This document shows positions 1 through 55,896 of a stretch of DNA of 64,000 bases, one piece after another. This DNA comes from the human T2T-CHM13v2.0 reference genome, Homo sapiens. The notes below the pieces were generated by a model. It had not been told where the DNA came from. It ran no database searches and saw only the letters and a program-made list of their open reading frames with translations. Position 1 is the first letter of the stretch; each line of letters opens with the position of its first letter. The position numbers and the translations under genes were made by a program. The DNA lies in assembly GCF_009914755.1 (NCBI RefSeq), contig NC_060935.1; one strand, 5' to 3'.

Positions 1-1284
1 ACCCAGGGTGCCTCTGATTTAATTTTTTTCCACAGAGACTTCATACCAGTGGCCTTTTGCAAGGTGTGGATGAGGAACAGATATAAACATCTTAACACTG
101 ATTTTAAGCAATCTACCTGTCTTACCCTTGCATTCTGTGGCCCCTGATATCTCCAGTTCCTGAGCTTCTCTGATATTTATCTTTCTCTGTAGTACCTGAG
201 TTTGATCTTCCACGCCTCTGCTAAGTCATTTGCCTTTCTTTTATCTACTTTCCATTGATATCTGTTGTGACTTGGGGTTACAGATATCTCCCAGTTCAGG
301 GAAGACAGAGTTTGTGTGTCTATTTGTTGTTCTCCTTGTTTTGTAAAGAAAAATTTTTCAGAGAAGAGAAAAAATATTTTTTTGCTCTCTTCAAGTCAGA
401 ATTCAACCTAGAATTGGAAGAAACATAATGGCCAAAATGATAAAATAAATGATCTCATCATTAGGTTAATTAATGAAGAGCTAACACCAGGATTCAGAAT
501 CCCTGATACCCTGGCCACAATTAAACTATAACTGGTTCTTACTCCATAGAATCATATAGTTTGAGATGGGGGGGAGTACCTCTGAGGTTTTCAGCCAATT
601 TCCCCAATTTTCCATAAGTCTCCTCAACAATGTAAGTGGATTTCAGCATTGGTTAAAATATCAATGTGAATAGGAGCATTCACTCTATTCCATGACTATC
701 TATTCTTATTTCAGAGAGCTCTGATTATTGGAAAGATTTTTTTCCCTGAAACATTTTTTCACTTCCTCACACTGTATCTAGTTCTGCCCGCAGAAGTTAC
801 AAAGAACTACTGTATGTACAAATAATATAGTTTGGTAGCTGGAATACTGGCTACTCTAGAGATATGATACTGTACTCACTGCCTCTAACTCTTTGTACAA
901 TCTATAACTAAGACAGTTGACCAGCAAAATGGAGAAAAAGCTCATATCTCACATAACAGAGATTGAGACAATTAATAAACATCATCTGTAATTTATAAAA
1001 AAAATTCTAAGCTAGCTAGTTCTCAATCCACTAAATATAAGATTGCTGGGTAGGAGAAGAAATGACTATCAGGTGGGTCATAGAAAGATTAGTGAAGAAA
1101 AGTGAGAGGATGTGTAAGAAATAACCAAGTGAATATTACAGGGAGATAAAACAAGTTGCATAAGCACATACAAATTTAAAAGTAGGAGTTGCTCAGAGAA
1201 TTCAAAAGTATGGCTAGTGCACAAGATGGGTATGAAGAAGACATGGAAAATTAGTTAGGAAAGGCAATAATGCTAAATATTAAC

Positions 1285-1480
1285 ATTTATTGAGTAAGCT
1301 ACATTCTGGCCACTATTGAGTACTTTACGTGTAAGAACCCTCAAAACAACTTTATGAGGTAGATACTACTATTACTTCATTTTAAAGATGGGGAAAAGGA
1401 GGTATGGGAGTGTTAGGTTAACTTGCCTGAGATTATGTAACTAATAAATGGCAGAGATGGGCTCTGAACCCAGGTAGTGT
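1285..1480 (-). mobile_element. MIR
   Basis: atttattgag...cctcaaaacaactttatgaggtagatactactattac...ggttaacttgcctgag. Confidence 0.75.
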
Positions 1481-1959
1481 GGGTGCCTTAATTTATGAAG
1501 TGGTCTTCATATGAATGGCCTTTTTATTCTGAAGGTTCTAGGACTTTTTAGATAGTAAGTTGGAAACACTGGTAGATCCTTTCCTACCTCTTCACCTTTG
1601 GCACAGCTATCTCAAAGGAGTATCGGTGATAAGATAGGTGATCAGTTTAGGGATCCACAGTGGAGGCCAGAGGACTGTTCCAAACACTGATCCCCCATAT
1701 ATAAACTGAGAACTGGGAAGACAGACCTGCTTTACGGCTGGTGGCCAAGCTCAGATATTTCAAATTGGACAGAGACCCTTTACTATCCTATTCAAGAAGA
1801 AAAGGAATTGGAGCTGTGAAAGGGAGAATAAGTATTGGTGGCAATCGGTACTTAATGCCAGTATTTTTTTTTTTTTTTTGGCTATTGTTTTGTATTTCCT
1901 ATGAAACTTTTCTGCAGATCCACATAGAAAAAAATAGACATTTTTACAATAAAACTCCC

Positions 1960-2390
1960 ACTAATTAAGCACAGCCAAGCACTGTTTTAAGTGTTTTATA
2001 CATATTAGCTCATTTAATCCTCACAGCAACCCTAGGCAATAGGCTCATTATTTGTCTTTTGCAAAGGAGGGGCACTGAAGCACAAAGACATCTACAACTC
2101 GTCCACAATTGTACAGCAAATGAATGGGAGAACTAAGTGAAGCTGGAAAGAACTACTATAAATTGTAGACAAGTACAAAACAATTGGTTAAAGATTAATA
2201 CTTCTGAGACACTGTGTAGCAGAAAGAAACCCGGATTTGGATTAGGACTTGAATTCAGCCTCCAACATTTACTGCTGTGTAAAGATTTGAGGCTGATCAC
2301 TCCTATAAAATTTGGATTATAATACTTACCTCATAGGGTTTTTGTAAAGATCTAGTGACGTGATTATTGTAAAAGTGCACCGTTAATCTC
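1960..2390. mobile_element. Two MIR fragments in opposite orientation
   Basis: ctcatttaatcctcacagcaaccct (2009) and ataatacttacctcatagggtttttgtaaagat (2318). Confidence 0.65.
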
Positions 2391-2481
2391 TCAGATGTCA
2401 CAGAAACGTTAGAAGCATCTCTTCCCAGGATTGTACATGGAAATGAAGGATCCACAGATTTTGTGGCTATAAAACACCCGG

Positions 2482-2500
2482 ACTACCGATCCCAGTGTGC
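2482..2500 (+). promoter_or_regulatory. ZNF143/THAP11-type ACTACAnnTCCCA-like motif
   Basis: ACTACCGATCCCAGTGTGC resembles ACTACAATTCCCAGnnTGC. Confidence 0.6.
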
Positions 2501-2518
2501 AAAGCCTCCAGGCTTACC

Positions 2519-2527
2519 TTCCCGGAA
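2519..2527. promoter_or_regulatory. GAS-type (STAT) site, overlapping an ETS core
   Basis: TTCCCGGAA fits TTCNNNGAA; contains CCGGAA. Confidence 0.45.
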
Positions 2528-2556
2528 ACTGGCGCGGTGCCCTCTGGGACTTGTTC

Positions 2557-2570
2557 TGGGACTTGTAGTC
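2557..2570 (-). promoter_or_regulatory. ZNF143/THAP11-type ACTACAnnTCCCA motif
   Basis: TGGGACTTGTAGTC reverse-complements to GACTACAAGTCCCA; partial tandem copy CTGGGACTTGTT at 2544-2555. Confidence 0.75.
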
Positions 2571-2625
2571 TTGTACTGGCGCTGGCCCGCCTTTCTTCCT
2601 TAGTGGGGAAAACCGGGTGTAAGCC

Positions 2626-2633
2626 CCGGAAGT
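2626..2633 (+). promoter_or_regulatory. ETS (GABPA/ELK-type) site
   Basis: Exact CCGGAAGT in the promoter. Confidence 0.7.
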
Positions 2634-2750
2634 ACTTGTTGCCTGAGCAGTGGGCTGCTTAGGAAGAGAAGGTCAGAGTTCGCGGGGGCAGAGGCATTCT
2701 TGCCGCTGGCCCAGTCACTATGTAGTGGAGGGGCAGACACCCTCCCGCAA

Positions 2751-2765
2751 ATTCTGGAAGGTTCT
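2751..2765. promoter_or_regulatory. Heat shock element (HSF1-type, three pentamers)
   Basis: aTTCtgGAAggTTCt is a perfect nTTCnnGAAnnTTCn, in a gene acting in the HSP70 pathway. Confidence 0.8.
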
Positions 2766-2846
2766 TAGTCTCGACTAGGGCAGTAGCCCCAGGACTCCTA
2801 GTCGCCGGCTTCAGGTCACTGCCGGCTGAACGGAGCTGCCGTCGCC

Positions 2847-46150
<43,304 letters not shown>

Positions 46151-46154
46151 TTTG

Positions 46155-46160
46155 AATAAA
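46155..46160 (+). terminator. Proximal polyadenylation signal candidate
   Basis: AATAAA 4 nt after the stop codon. Confidence 0.5.
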
Positions 46161-46420
46161 ATAATTTTTAATGGATTCTGAAATTTGTCATGTTTTGAAG
46201 ATAACTGACTCCATCTAAAAGTATGAGGTCAAAGGATCACGAAACCTAAGTTTAAAAACTGCTTAGAGACTGAAGCTTAATTAAAAATCTTTATTAAAAA
46301 TTAAAAACATTGAAAAATGAAAATATGTTCATCATTAAAGACTTTTTTCCCCTTAAGCTTAAAATACCATTCAAAGGCAAGACATTTTGTTTTGGCTATG
46401 ATTCATTTTTTTTACTTAAA

Positions 46421-46426
46421 AATAAA
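46421..46426 (+). terminator. Polyadenylation signal, likely main 3' end
   Basis: AATAAA with upstream U-rich tract and downstream GT-rich gtagtgtg; ATTAAA copies at 46280-46305 and another AATAAA at 46682. Confidence 0.6.
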
Positions 46427-46765
46427 ACCTATACCAAACAGTAGTGTGCCAAGTACCATTGCATGTGTAATCATTCATTTATTGAAATGAAACAATGGTT
46501 TGCTGGAGTAGTTAACTTTTCAATTACCTATTTCAAAATTTGGGAGACTTGAAAAACATATGAAGTATACATTTTTAAATATGGAGAAATTATTTTCAGA
46601 GATTATTTCTTAAGATTGTCAGTTTTTCCAATTAATACAGGTTGGCTGTCACTTTTTATATCTGCAGATTCATATAAGTTTAATAAAATTGCCATATTGG
46701 TGAGCTTTTATTTAATACTGGTAGGCATTTATGTGTAGAATATAGGATTCTTCTTGTTAATGGAT

Positions 46766-47453
46766 GGTTAGTAGTTCATTTTTTGTTGATTATAACAATA
46801 CCCAAAACTGGGTAATTTATTGACTTAAATGTTTTTTTTTTTTTTAAGACGAAGTTTTGCTTTGTTGTCCCGGCTTTAGTGCAGTGGCGTGATCACAGCT
46901 TATTCCAGCCATGACCTCTTGGGCTCAAGTGCTCATCCTGCCCCAAGCTTTCCATGTAGCTGGGACTGCAGACGTGCACCCCCATACCCAGCTAATTTTT
47001 TTGATGTTTTTGCAGAGACACAGTCTTACTGTGTTGCCCAGACTAGGCTTGAACTCCTGGGCTCAAGCAATCCTACTTCAGCCTCCCAAAGTGCTGGGTT
47101 GGTAATTGATAAAGAAAAGGATTTTTTTTTTTTTCCTACAATGATGGAGACTGAGAATTCCAAGGCCAAGGGGCTGCAGCTGGTGAGAGGCTTCTTGCTG
47201 GTGGGGAGACTCTGAAGAGTCCTTAGGCAGTGCAGCGTATCACACAGTGAGGGGGCTGAGCATGCTTTTGTGCCAGCTGAGGTCACTCTTCCTCTTCTTA
47301 TAAAGCCACCAGTTCCCCTCCTGTGATAACTTAACCTATGGGCAGAGCCCTCATGATCCAATCACCTCTTAAAGGCCGCACCTCTCAGTACTGCCACATT
47401 GGGATTAAAATTTCAACGTAATTTTGGAAGGGACAAATATTCAAACCATAGCA
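46766..47453 (-). mobile_element. MaLR MST-family LTR interrupted by AluJ (46832-47100)
   Basis: aaaccatagca terminus, ccctcatgatccaatcacctcttaaagg, ctgggtaatttat. Confidence 0.78.
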
Positions 47454-49544
47454 ATTGTTGAATCATGAGACTTGGCAATGGCTACACAACAGTCTTTAAT
47501 ACTCTGCACAGAAAACATCAGCTAATTGCAATACAATTTCCAGAAGCAAAATGATTATTCATGTACTACAACTTGTATCTAGGACCTAGATTGCCAAACC
47601 CAAGCTGAAAAAACATCCTGAAGTTCAGTTGTGCCTCTTCTACAGTCAGGTAGCCTCTTCCCAGTGATTTTTGTAGTGATACAACAGGAAATACTAAGTA
47701 AACACAAACTATTCCTTGGTCTGCTAAGAAATCAAAAGAATATATGATTATTCATGATAATCTTGGGTTGTAGTGAATTTAAACTAGTTTCTTGGGCTTC
47801 CAGAGCAGATGATGGGAGTGAAATTTTGGGCCACATTTTCTAGTATTATTCTTACTTCTAGAATAGTATCTTGCACAGTATGCATAAGGAGTCATCACTT
47901 CTGGGAGCTTTCCTGAGTAGCCTATACCTGCCTTATTTTGGAAGTTTCTGGTTATTCTCGGAGACACGTGATATGCTGGAAAGAAAAGGGCTTTAAATAT
48001 CTGAACATCTAACAATTATTCTATATATGCAAGGTAGGTTTGTGTACAGGAGGCAGGTAAAAACCTGGTGTTGACATAAATAATGCCGGCTGGGTTACAG
48101 AAGATAGTAGAAATATAAATATTTATCACAACAGGAGTGAGCCAAGAATTGTTTCCTTGAGGTGGGCATATTCTTAGAGGAGTTAAATAGTTCCTACAGA
48201 GAAGTCTGAAAAATCTGGAGAAAACTGACTAGTGCAGTGAGGATAGCTCCAACATTTGTCCCCTGCCTTGGTGAGCTTGATTCTGTCTGCTGACAGTGCT
48301 GTGATGATTGTAGCAGAAGTATATTTGTTTAATTAAGGTAGAGATCCAGTTTTTACAAGAATGAAGAGTGAGGTTAATGATATGAAGAAAATTCAAATAC
48401 CAAAAGGGACCTGTGGGAATTAACTGGCCTCCTCAAGAATTTAAAGGAAATATATATATATATATTTTATGGTGGAATTTGAAAGATTCAGGGAGTAGCT
48501 ATAGTTTGAGAAAACTGCTCAAAATTCTTAAGGTGGCCAAAAAACACCATAAAGAATTAAGTATAAAATGATAAATGTGAGAGAATACTGAGAAACCTTT
48601 AGGCAATCTCTAGGGAGTACCAAACTGTAATAAGCAGAAGAGGGAAAGTAGCAAAGGTATCAGAAAATTAATCTTCCTTGTTGCCTTGTAGCCTTCCTTG
48701 TTGCCATGCTGTCTACTTTGTATTGTCATTTGTTTGATTTGAAGGTCTTGATTAGTAGTCTTCCACCAAAGATGTTGGCTTCTGGAGGATTCCTAAGAAT
48801 CATTGGTTTAAGGTCTCCTGATGGAGTGGTTGTTTAGCTGTCTGGAGAAGGTACTTGTCATTTAGTTGGGAAACATAAACCCAGTGATCATCATCTTGGA
48901 GTTTACTGCCATGCTAGTTGTTACAGTATCTGCTGAGCTAATTTTTCACTGAGGCCAGTTTTTCCCTGATGTCTCTTCCAGAAGACTAAGTTTGCTGATA
49001 GTTGAGGATGTTGCAGACAATGATGTTTTTCTAGATTAGAGAAGAGTGGAATCCACTATTGAGGAACAATACAATTTATAAAATGATTATGAGAGTACAA
49101 CATATTATGGACAATATTCAGTGATAATTCTCTTGGTCTGTAATCTCGTAAAGTATATCTTTTTGCAGACAGTTATTGTGTTAGTCTTTACATGAACATG
49201 AGCATGTTTCTTTTTACCTGAAATGAAACACTGAAACATTTTTATTCACAAATTTTACCTGGCATAATTAACAGGAGAAGGCTAATCTCTTGATTTGTTA
49301 AGTTTTCTTTTTTTCTTTTAAGTTTGATTTTTAAAAAAAAAAAACGTCTTAAAATGATTGGGGATTAATTAAAATTTGTAGAGTGCCAGACAAACCTAAT
49401 TTTTCCTATTGTCTTTTCTTCCATAATGTGAAGGAAACCTGAAGAGTTCAGGCATAAAAGACATCTTCATAGTCTTACTGTGCCTGAATTTGGGAAAGGC
49501 CAAAATTATAAAGAGTTGTCAGAGGAGAGAAGATATGAATATTA

Positions 49545-49862
<318 letters not shown>

Positions 49863-50290
49863 TTAAATTAAAGAATTTAATTTTTAAAAGATTTATTGAG
49901 ATATAATTCATATTCCACACAGTTAACCCATTTACAGTTAACCCATTTAAAGAGCCAGGTGCAGTGGTGCACAGCTGTAATCTCAGCTACTCTGGAGCCT
50001 GAAGTGAGAGAATTGTTTGAGCCCAGGAATTCAAGACCAGCCTGGGCAACAGCAGAGACCTTGTCTCAATTGAATGAATGAATGCTTTTTAGTTTAGTCT
50101 CAGATTTGTGCAAATGTCATCACAATCTAATTTTTATTCCTCCAAAAGGAGCCTCATATCCATTAGTAGTTAATCCCCATCTCCCAGCTTCTAGTATCCC
50201 TAAGCCACCACTAATCTTTTTGTGTCTGGATTTGCCTTTTCTGGATATTTTATATAAATGGAATCAGAGAGAGTGGTCTTTTGTGACTAG

Positions 50291-50676
<386 letters not shown>

Positions 50677-51465
50677 AGGAGTTTATTATAGATACAAGTC
50701 TCTTAAAAATAGGATTTGCAAATATTTTCTTCTGTGAGTTATCTTTTCACTTTCTTGTTGATATCATTTGCAGTACAAAAGTTTTTAATTTTGATGTAAT
50801 TCAGTTTATCTTTGTTTTTCTTTTCTTGTTTCTGTTCTTGGTGTTATATCTAAGAAACGATTGCCTAATTCAAGGTTGTGAAGACTGACTCCTGTGTTTT
50901 CTTCTAAGAGTTTTATAGTTTTATCTCTTTCATTTAGGTCTTTGATTCATCTTGAGTTAATTTTTGTGAATGGTAAATGAATATGCACATTCTTTTGCGT
51001 GTGAATATCCAGTTTTCCCAACATCATTTGTTGAACCGTTAGTCTACATTTGAACCATATCAAGTTAATTTTGGTGCACAAACATAAAAGATAAAAGAAT
51101 ATGTGACTAGGATTATTAGGTATTTTAGTCTTTCCAAATTAGTATTTTAGCTTTTTTAAAAAATGACTTAATATGTCAAAATGCTTAGTGATAGAATGTT
51201 ACAGTGATAGAAGAAATCTTTGTTATCTCACCAGAGATAGCTTTGCTGTTTTATCAGAAAGAAAATCCAGATTATAGTTTTACTCTTGTTACTTGTCTTC
51301 TATTTAACAATATGTAGTAATGGCTTCATAAGCCTTTCTTCCTGTGAATACATCCATCACATTTAACCAGCTTCGTCAAAAATTTTGACACATTTATTGA
51401 TCCTTTCCAACCCCTAACTTGTCAAATACAGTTTACTCCTCAGAACTTCTACACTCTCTGAATAC

Positions 51466-51741
51466 TTTTTTTCTGAGATGAAATCTCACTCTGTCTCCCA
51501 GGCTGGAGTGCAGTGGAGTGATCTCAGCCCTCCTGAGTTCAAGTGATTCTCCGGCCTCAGCCTCCTGAGTAGCTAGGATTACAGGTGTCTGCCACCATGC
51601 CTGGCTAATTTTTGTATTTTTGGTAGAGATGGGGTTTCACCATGTTGGCCAGGCTGGTCTCGAACTCCTGACCTCAAGCGATCCACCCACCTCGGCCTCC
51701 CAAAGTGCTAGGGTTACAGATGTGAGCCACCGCGCCCGGCC
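51466..51741 (-). mobile_element. AluS with short internal deletion
   Basis: TSD TGAATACT. Confidence 0.87.
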
Positions 51742-51770
51742 TGAATACTCTTAAGTTTAAAAAATACTCT

Positions 51771-52620
51771 TCAAATGGTATTTCTAGTTCTAGATCCCTG
51801 AGGAATCGCCACACTGACTTCCACAATGGTTGAACTAGTTTACAGTCCCACCAACAGTGTAAAAGTGTTCCTATTTCTCCACATCCTCTCCAGCACCTGT
51901 TGTTTCCTGACTTTTAAATGATCTCCATTCTAACTGGTGTGAGATGGTATCTCATTGTGGTTTTGATTTGCATTTCTCTGATGGCCAGTGATGATGAGCA
52001 TTTTTTCATGTGTTTTTTGGCTGCGTAAATGTCTTCTTTTGAGAAGTGTCTGTTCATATCCTTCATCCACTTTTTGATGGGGTTGTTTGTTTTTTTCTTG
52101 TAAATTTGTTTGAGTTCATTGTAAGGATTATAAATCATGCTGCTATAAAGACACATGCACACGTATGTTTATTGCAGCACTATTCACAATAGCAAAGACT
52201 TGGAACCAACCCATATGTCCAACAATGATAGACTGGATTAAGAAAATGTGGCACATATACACCATGGAATACTATGCAGCCATAAAAAATGATGAGTTCA
52301 TGTCCTTTGTAGGGACGTGGATGAAGCTGGAAACCAGCATTCTCAGCAAACTATCACAAGGACAAAAAACCAAACACCGCATATTCTCACTCATAGGTGG
52401 GAATTGAAAAATGAGAACACATGGACACAGGAAGGGGAACATCACACACTGGGGCCTGTTGTGGGGTTGGGGGAGTGGGGAGGGATAGCATTAGGATATA
52501 TACCTAATGCTAAATGATGAGTTACTAGGTGCAGCACACCAACATGGCACAGGTATACATATGTAACAAACCTGCACGTTGTGCACATGTACCCTAAAAC
52601 TTAAAGTATAATAATAAAAA
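51771..52620 (+). mobile_element. L1PA (PA3-like) 3' fragment with 5' inversion (twin priming)
   Basis: 51771-52123 is antisense ORF2, 52123-52620 is sense 3' end with A tail; TSD AAAAAATACTCTTC at 51759-51772 and 52617-52630. Confidence 0.93.
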
Positions 52621-53409
52621 AATACTCTTCTAGGCTAGCATAACCAGACTCTCCTTAAGGTAAAATAATTCTTTTTTACTTAGATAAATAAAATTCATTA
52701 CCTTGCATACACATCCCATTACCTATCCACATTTAAAAAATATCTTCAAAACAAGTATTCACATCAACATAAAGCCATCTATACATCCTTTTTTACCTGG
52801 TAGCTAACAGCTACACCAGTTATTAAAGCACATATGTCATAAAATTGTCCAATTTTCCAAGGTTACTTACAAAAGAATATTCATATCCTTAAAGTTAACT
52901 AAGGATCTGGAAATCACAAATGAAGCTGACACAGGAAGTCCTTATGGTTGTAGCTTAAGAATTAACAAATTTAGAATCTTTTAAAAGACATTTGTTATAA
53001 GTCCATTTTGTTAAACACAACTTGAGCTTTTTGTAATAAATAATTTGTGGAAAAGAGATAACACTTAAAACCTATATAAAAATTTAAGTTTAAATATGGA
53101 ATAAAAGTCATTTATATACATTTTCTGACTTAAACATTCATTAAAACAGTTTCATGACCTGCTATTTCTCCTTTTCCATTTAGAGCCTGTGGTGGACAGA
53201 TATGTATGAGATAATATGAGACATCACTAAATTCAGCTTTTTTTGTGTGTGTTTAATGGATAAAAGAACTAACATTTCTAAGCAAGAACAGAAGTTTTCT
53301 TAGATCTCAATAGCATTAGCCAATTGGCTTTATTTTTCCAAAGAAACAAAATAAGAAAAAATTATGTGAGCATCTGTTTTTTCTTCAGTGATGCACAGAG
53401 AACCACAAA

Positions 53410-53660
53410 ATTGCATTATAGTGTAGTGGATAAGGTTATGGCCTCTAGAGTCAGGTAGCTTGTGTTCAAAATTTGGCTATACCATTTACTTACTGTTTTG
53501 ATCTTATCAAGTTACTTCGCCTCTCTGTGTCATAGTTTCTTCATCTGTAAAATGAATTGACCACAGTGTATATCTTTGAAGTTTGTTATAAGGAATAAAC
53601 TTACCTAAAACTTTTAGAATAATGCCTGATACATTCTTAGTGCTCAATAAGTATTGGAAA
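53410..53660 (+). mobile_element. MIR
   Basis: caagttacttcgcctctctgtgtcatagtttcttcatctgtaaaatg...gtgctcaataa. Confidence 0.75.
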
Positions 53661-53913
53661 TCAAATTGTTGAAGTATATCATATTTGATATCAGCCAGGG
53701 TCACTCACTGGCCAAGTAACCCACCACATACCAGCATCAAAGATCAATTAAAATTGTCATATTCCTTTGGGGCTGCTTTTGAATGATAAAATGTCTGATA
53801 ACTATTTGTACACTAGGTATGTATTATATTTCTAAAAGCCTAAAGAGAACTGCATAAACAATAGGGTTGCATAGTATAACAAAGCATTTGTTTCTTGTTT
53901 GGAATTTTATTTT

Positions 53914-54150
53914 ATTTTTTGAGATGGAGTCTCACTCTGTTGCCCAGGCTGGAGTGCAGTGGCGCGATCTTGGCTCACTGCGACCTCCACCTCCTGGGTT
54001 CAAGCAATTCTCATGCCTCAGCCTCCTGAGTAGCTGAGATTATAGGCATGAGTCACCACACCCAGCTAATTTTTGTATTTTTAGTAGAAACGGGGTTTCA
54101 CCATGTTGGCCAGGCTGGTCTCGAACTCCTGATCCCCCTGCCTCGGCCTC
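53914..54150 (-). mobile_element. AluS, 5'-truncated
   Basis: TSD TTTGGAATTTTATTTT. Confidence 0.85.
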
Positions 54151-54502
54151 ATCTTCTTTGGAATTTTATTTTCTTGTGGCTTGGGTACTTGGAGTTTGGG
54201 AAAAAGTGAAAAAGACAGTGGAGACGAAAATCCTTCAAAAGCTGAGGGTCACTAGGGAGAAATTGAAAAGGAAGAATAGACAATCTGAATAGGACTATAT
54301 CTACTAAAGAAATGGCATCAATAGCTAATCTTCCCAAACAGAAAGCATTAGGCCAAGATAGGTTTGCTGCTGAATTCCACCAAACATTTAAGGAAGAAAT
54401 TTTTCCAATTCTCTACAATATCTTTCAGAAGTTAGGAGAGGGAGTCCTTCCTTCCTAACTCATTCTATGAAAAACTAGGACCTAAAAGTAGTCAAATTAT
54501 GA

Positions 54503-54833
<331 letters not shown>

Positions 54834-54889
54834 GAAAAATTATTTTTAAATGAAAGAATATTTATGGTCAAAAATAAAAATGCAAGCCT

Positions 54890-55170
54890 GGCTGGTCACA
54901 GTGGCTCATACCTATAATCCCAACACTTCGGGAGGCAGAGGCAAGAGGATCATTTGAGCCCAGGAGTTCGAGACCAACGTGGTGAGACCCTGTCTCTACA
55001 AAAAATAAAATAATTAGCCAGGCATGATGGCATGTGCCTCTGGTCCTAGCTACCTGGGAGGCTGAGATAGGAGGATTGCCTGAGCCCAGGAGGTTGAGGC
55101 TGCAGTGAGCCATATTCGCAACACTGTGCTCCAGCCTGAGTGCCAGAGCAAAAACCTGTCTAAAAAGCAA
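54890..55170 (+). mobile_element. AluJ
   Basis: Diverged dimer. Confidence 0.85.
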
Positions 55171-55896
55171 CCCTGAACTACCATTTTATATTAAGCCTCC
55201 AAAATTTTTTTACCATCTCCTCAAGCATTTGTCATTTCTTTGTGTTAGGAACATTCCAATTTCACTCTTTCAGATATTTTAAAATATACAATAAATTGTT
55301 GACTGTAGTTACCCTGTTTTGCTATCAAATACAGATCTTATTCATTCTTTCCCTGTTTTTTGTACTCGTTAACCATCCCCGCCTTCTTTCTGCTCAGTTT
55401 TGCTGTGAACCTAAAACTGCTCTTAAAAATAGTCTGTTAAAAAAAAAAGAAAAGGAAAGAAGGACCTTCGTGGTGAAACAACTGGACCATTGGGCTTTTA
55501 TCAGGTTTTTTCAGTCATGTAAAAGTAGCTTTGCATCCATTGACAGATGAATGAATAAACAAAATGTAGTATATACATACAATGAAATTATCATTCAGTC
55601 TTAAAAAGGAAGGAATTTCTGACACATGTACAACACATAAGATAAATAAAATTAAAATCACTTTACGAAGTAATTATGCTATTTTTTAATTGATGTTTTT
55701 CCTAGAGAACTTGGAAGGCCTTTGATTATTTTTATTGGCTTTTACATTTATTTCACAAAAATTCAAAAACCTTTTTAGCATTTGAATTGTGAAGTACAAT
55801 TATGTGTACATTTAAAAGTAAAATAGCATTTTATAATTTTTAACTGCCATTAATTACTGTTTTATGCCTGTGCTTTTGTGAGTTTCTCAGTCACAT

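Noticed and set aside
20-250. Acceptor-like ttttttttccacag and a 64-aa minus-strand ORF at the window start
   Set aside because: No matching donor or frame that I can support; probably decayed LINE sequence
2468-2474. TATAAAA as the HIKESHI TATA box
   Set aside because: About 375 bp from the ATG and upstream of the ZNF143/ETS cluster; this looks like a CpG-island promoter and TSS data would be needed
53165-53210. Acceptor-like tttctccttttccatttag followed 20 nt later by GTATGA (possible downstream micro-exon; exon 4 joined here would read TG|A stop)
   Set aside because: Lies 7 kb beyond the polyA signals and such motifs are frequent by chance; only worth using as a candidate acceptor in the re-splicing test
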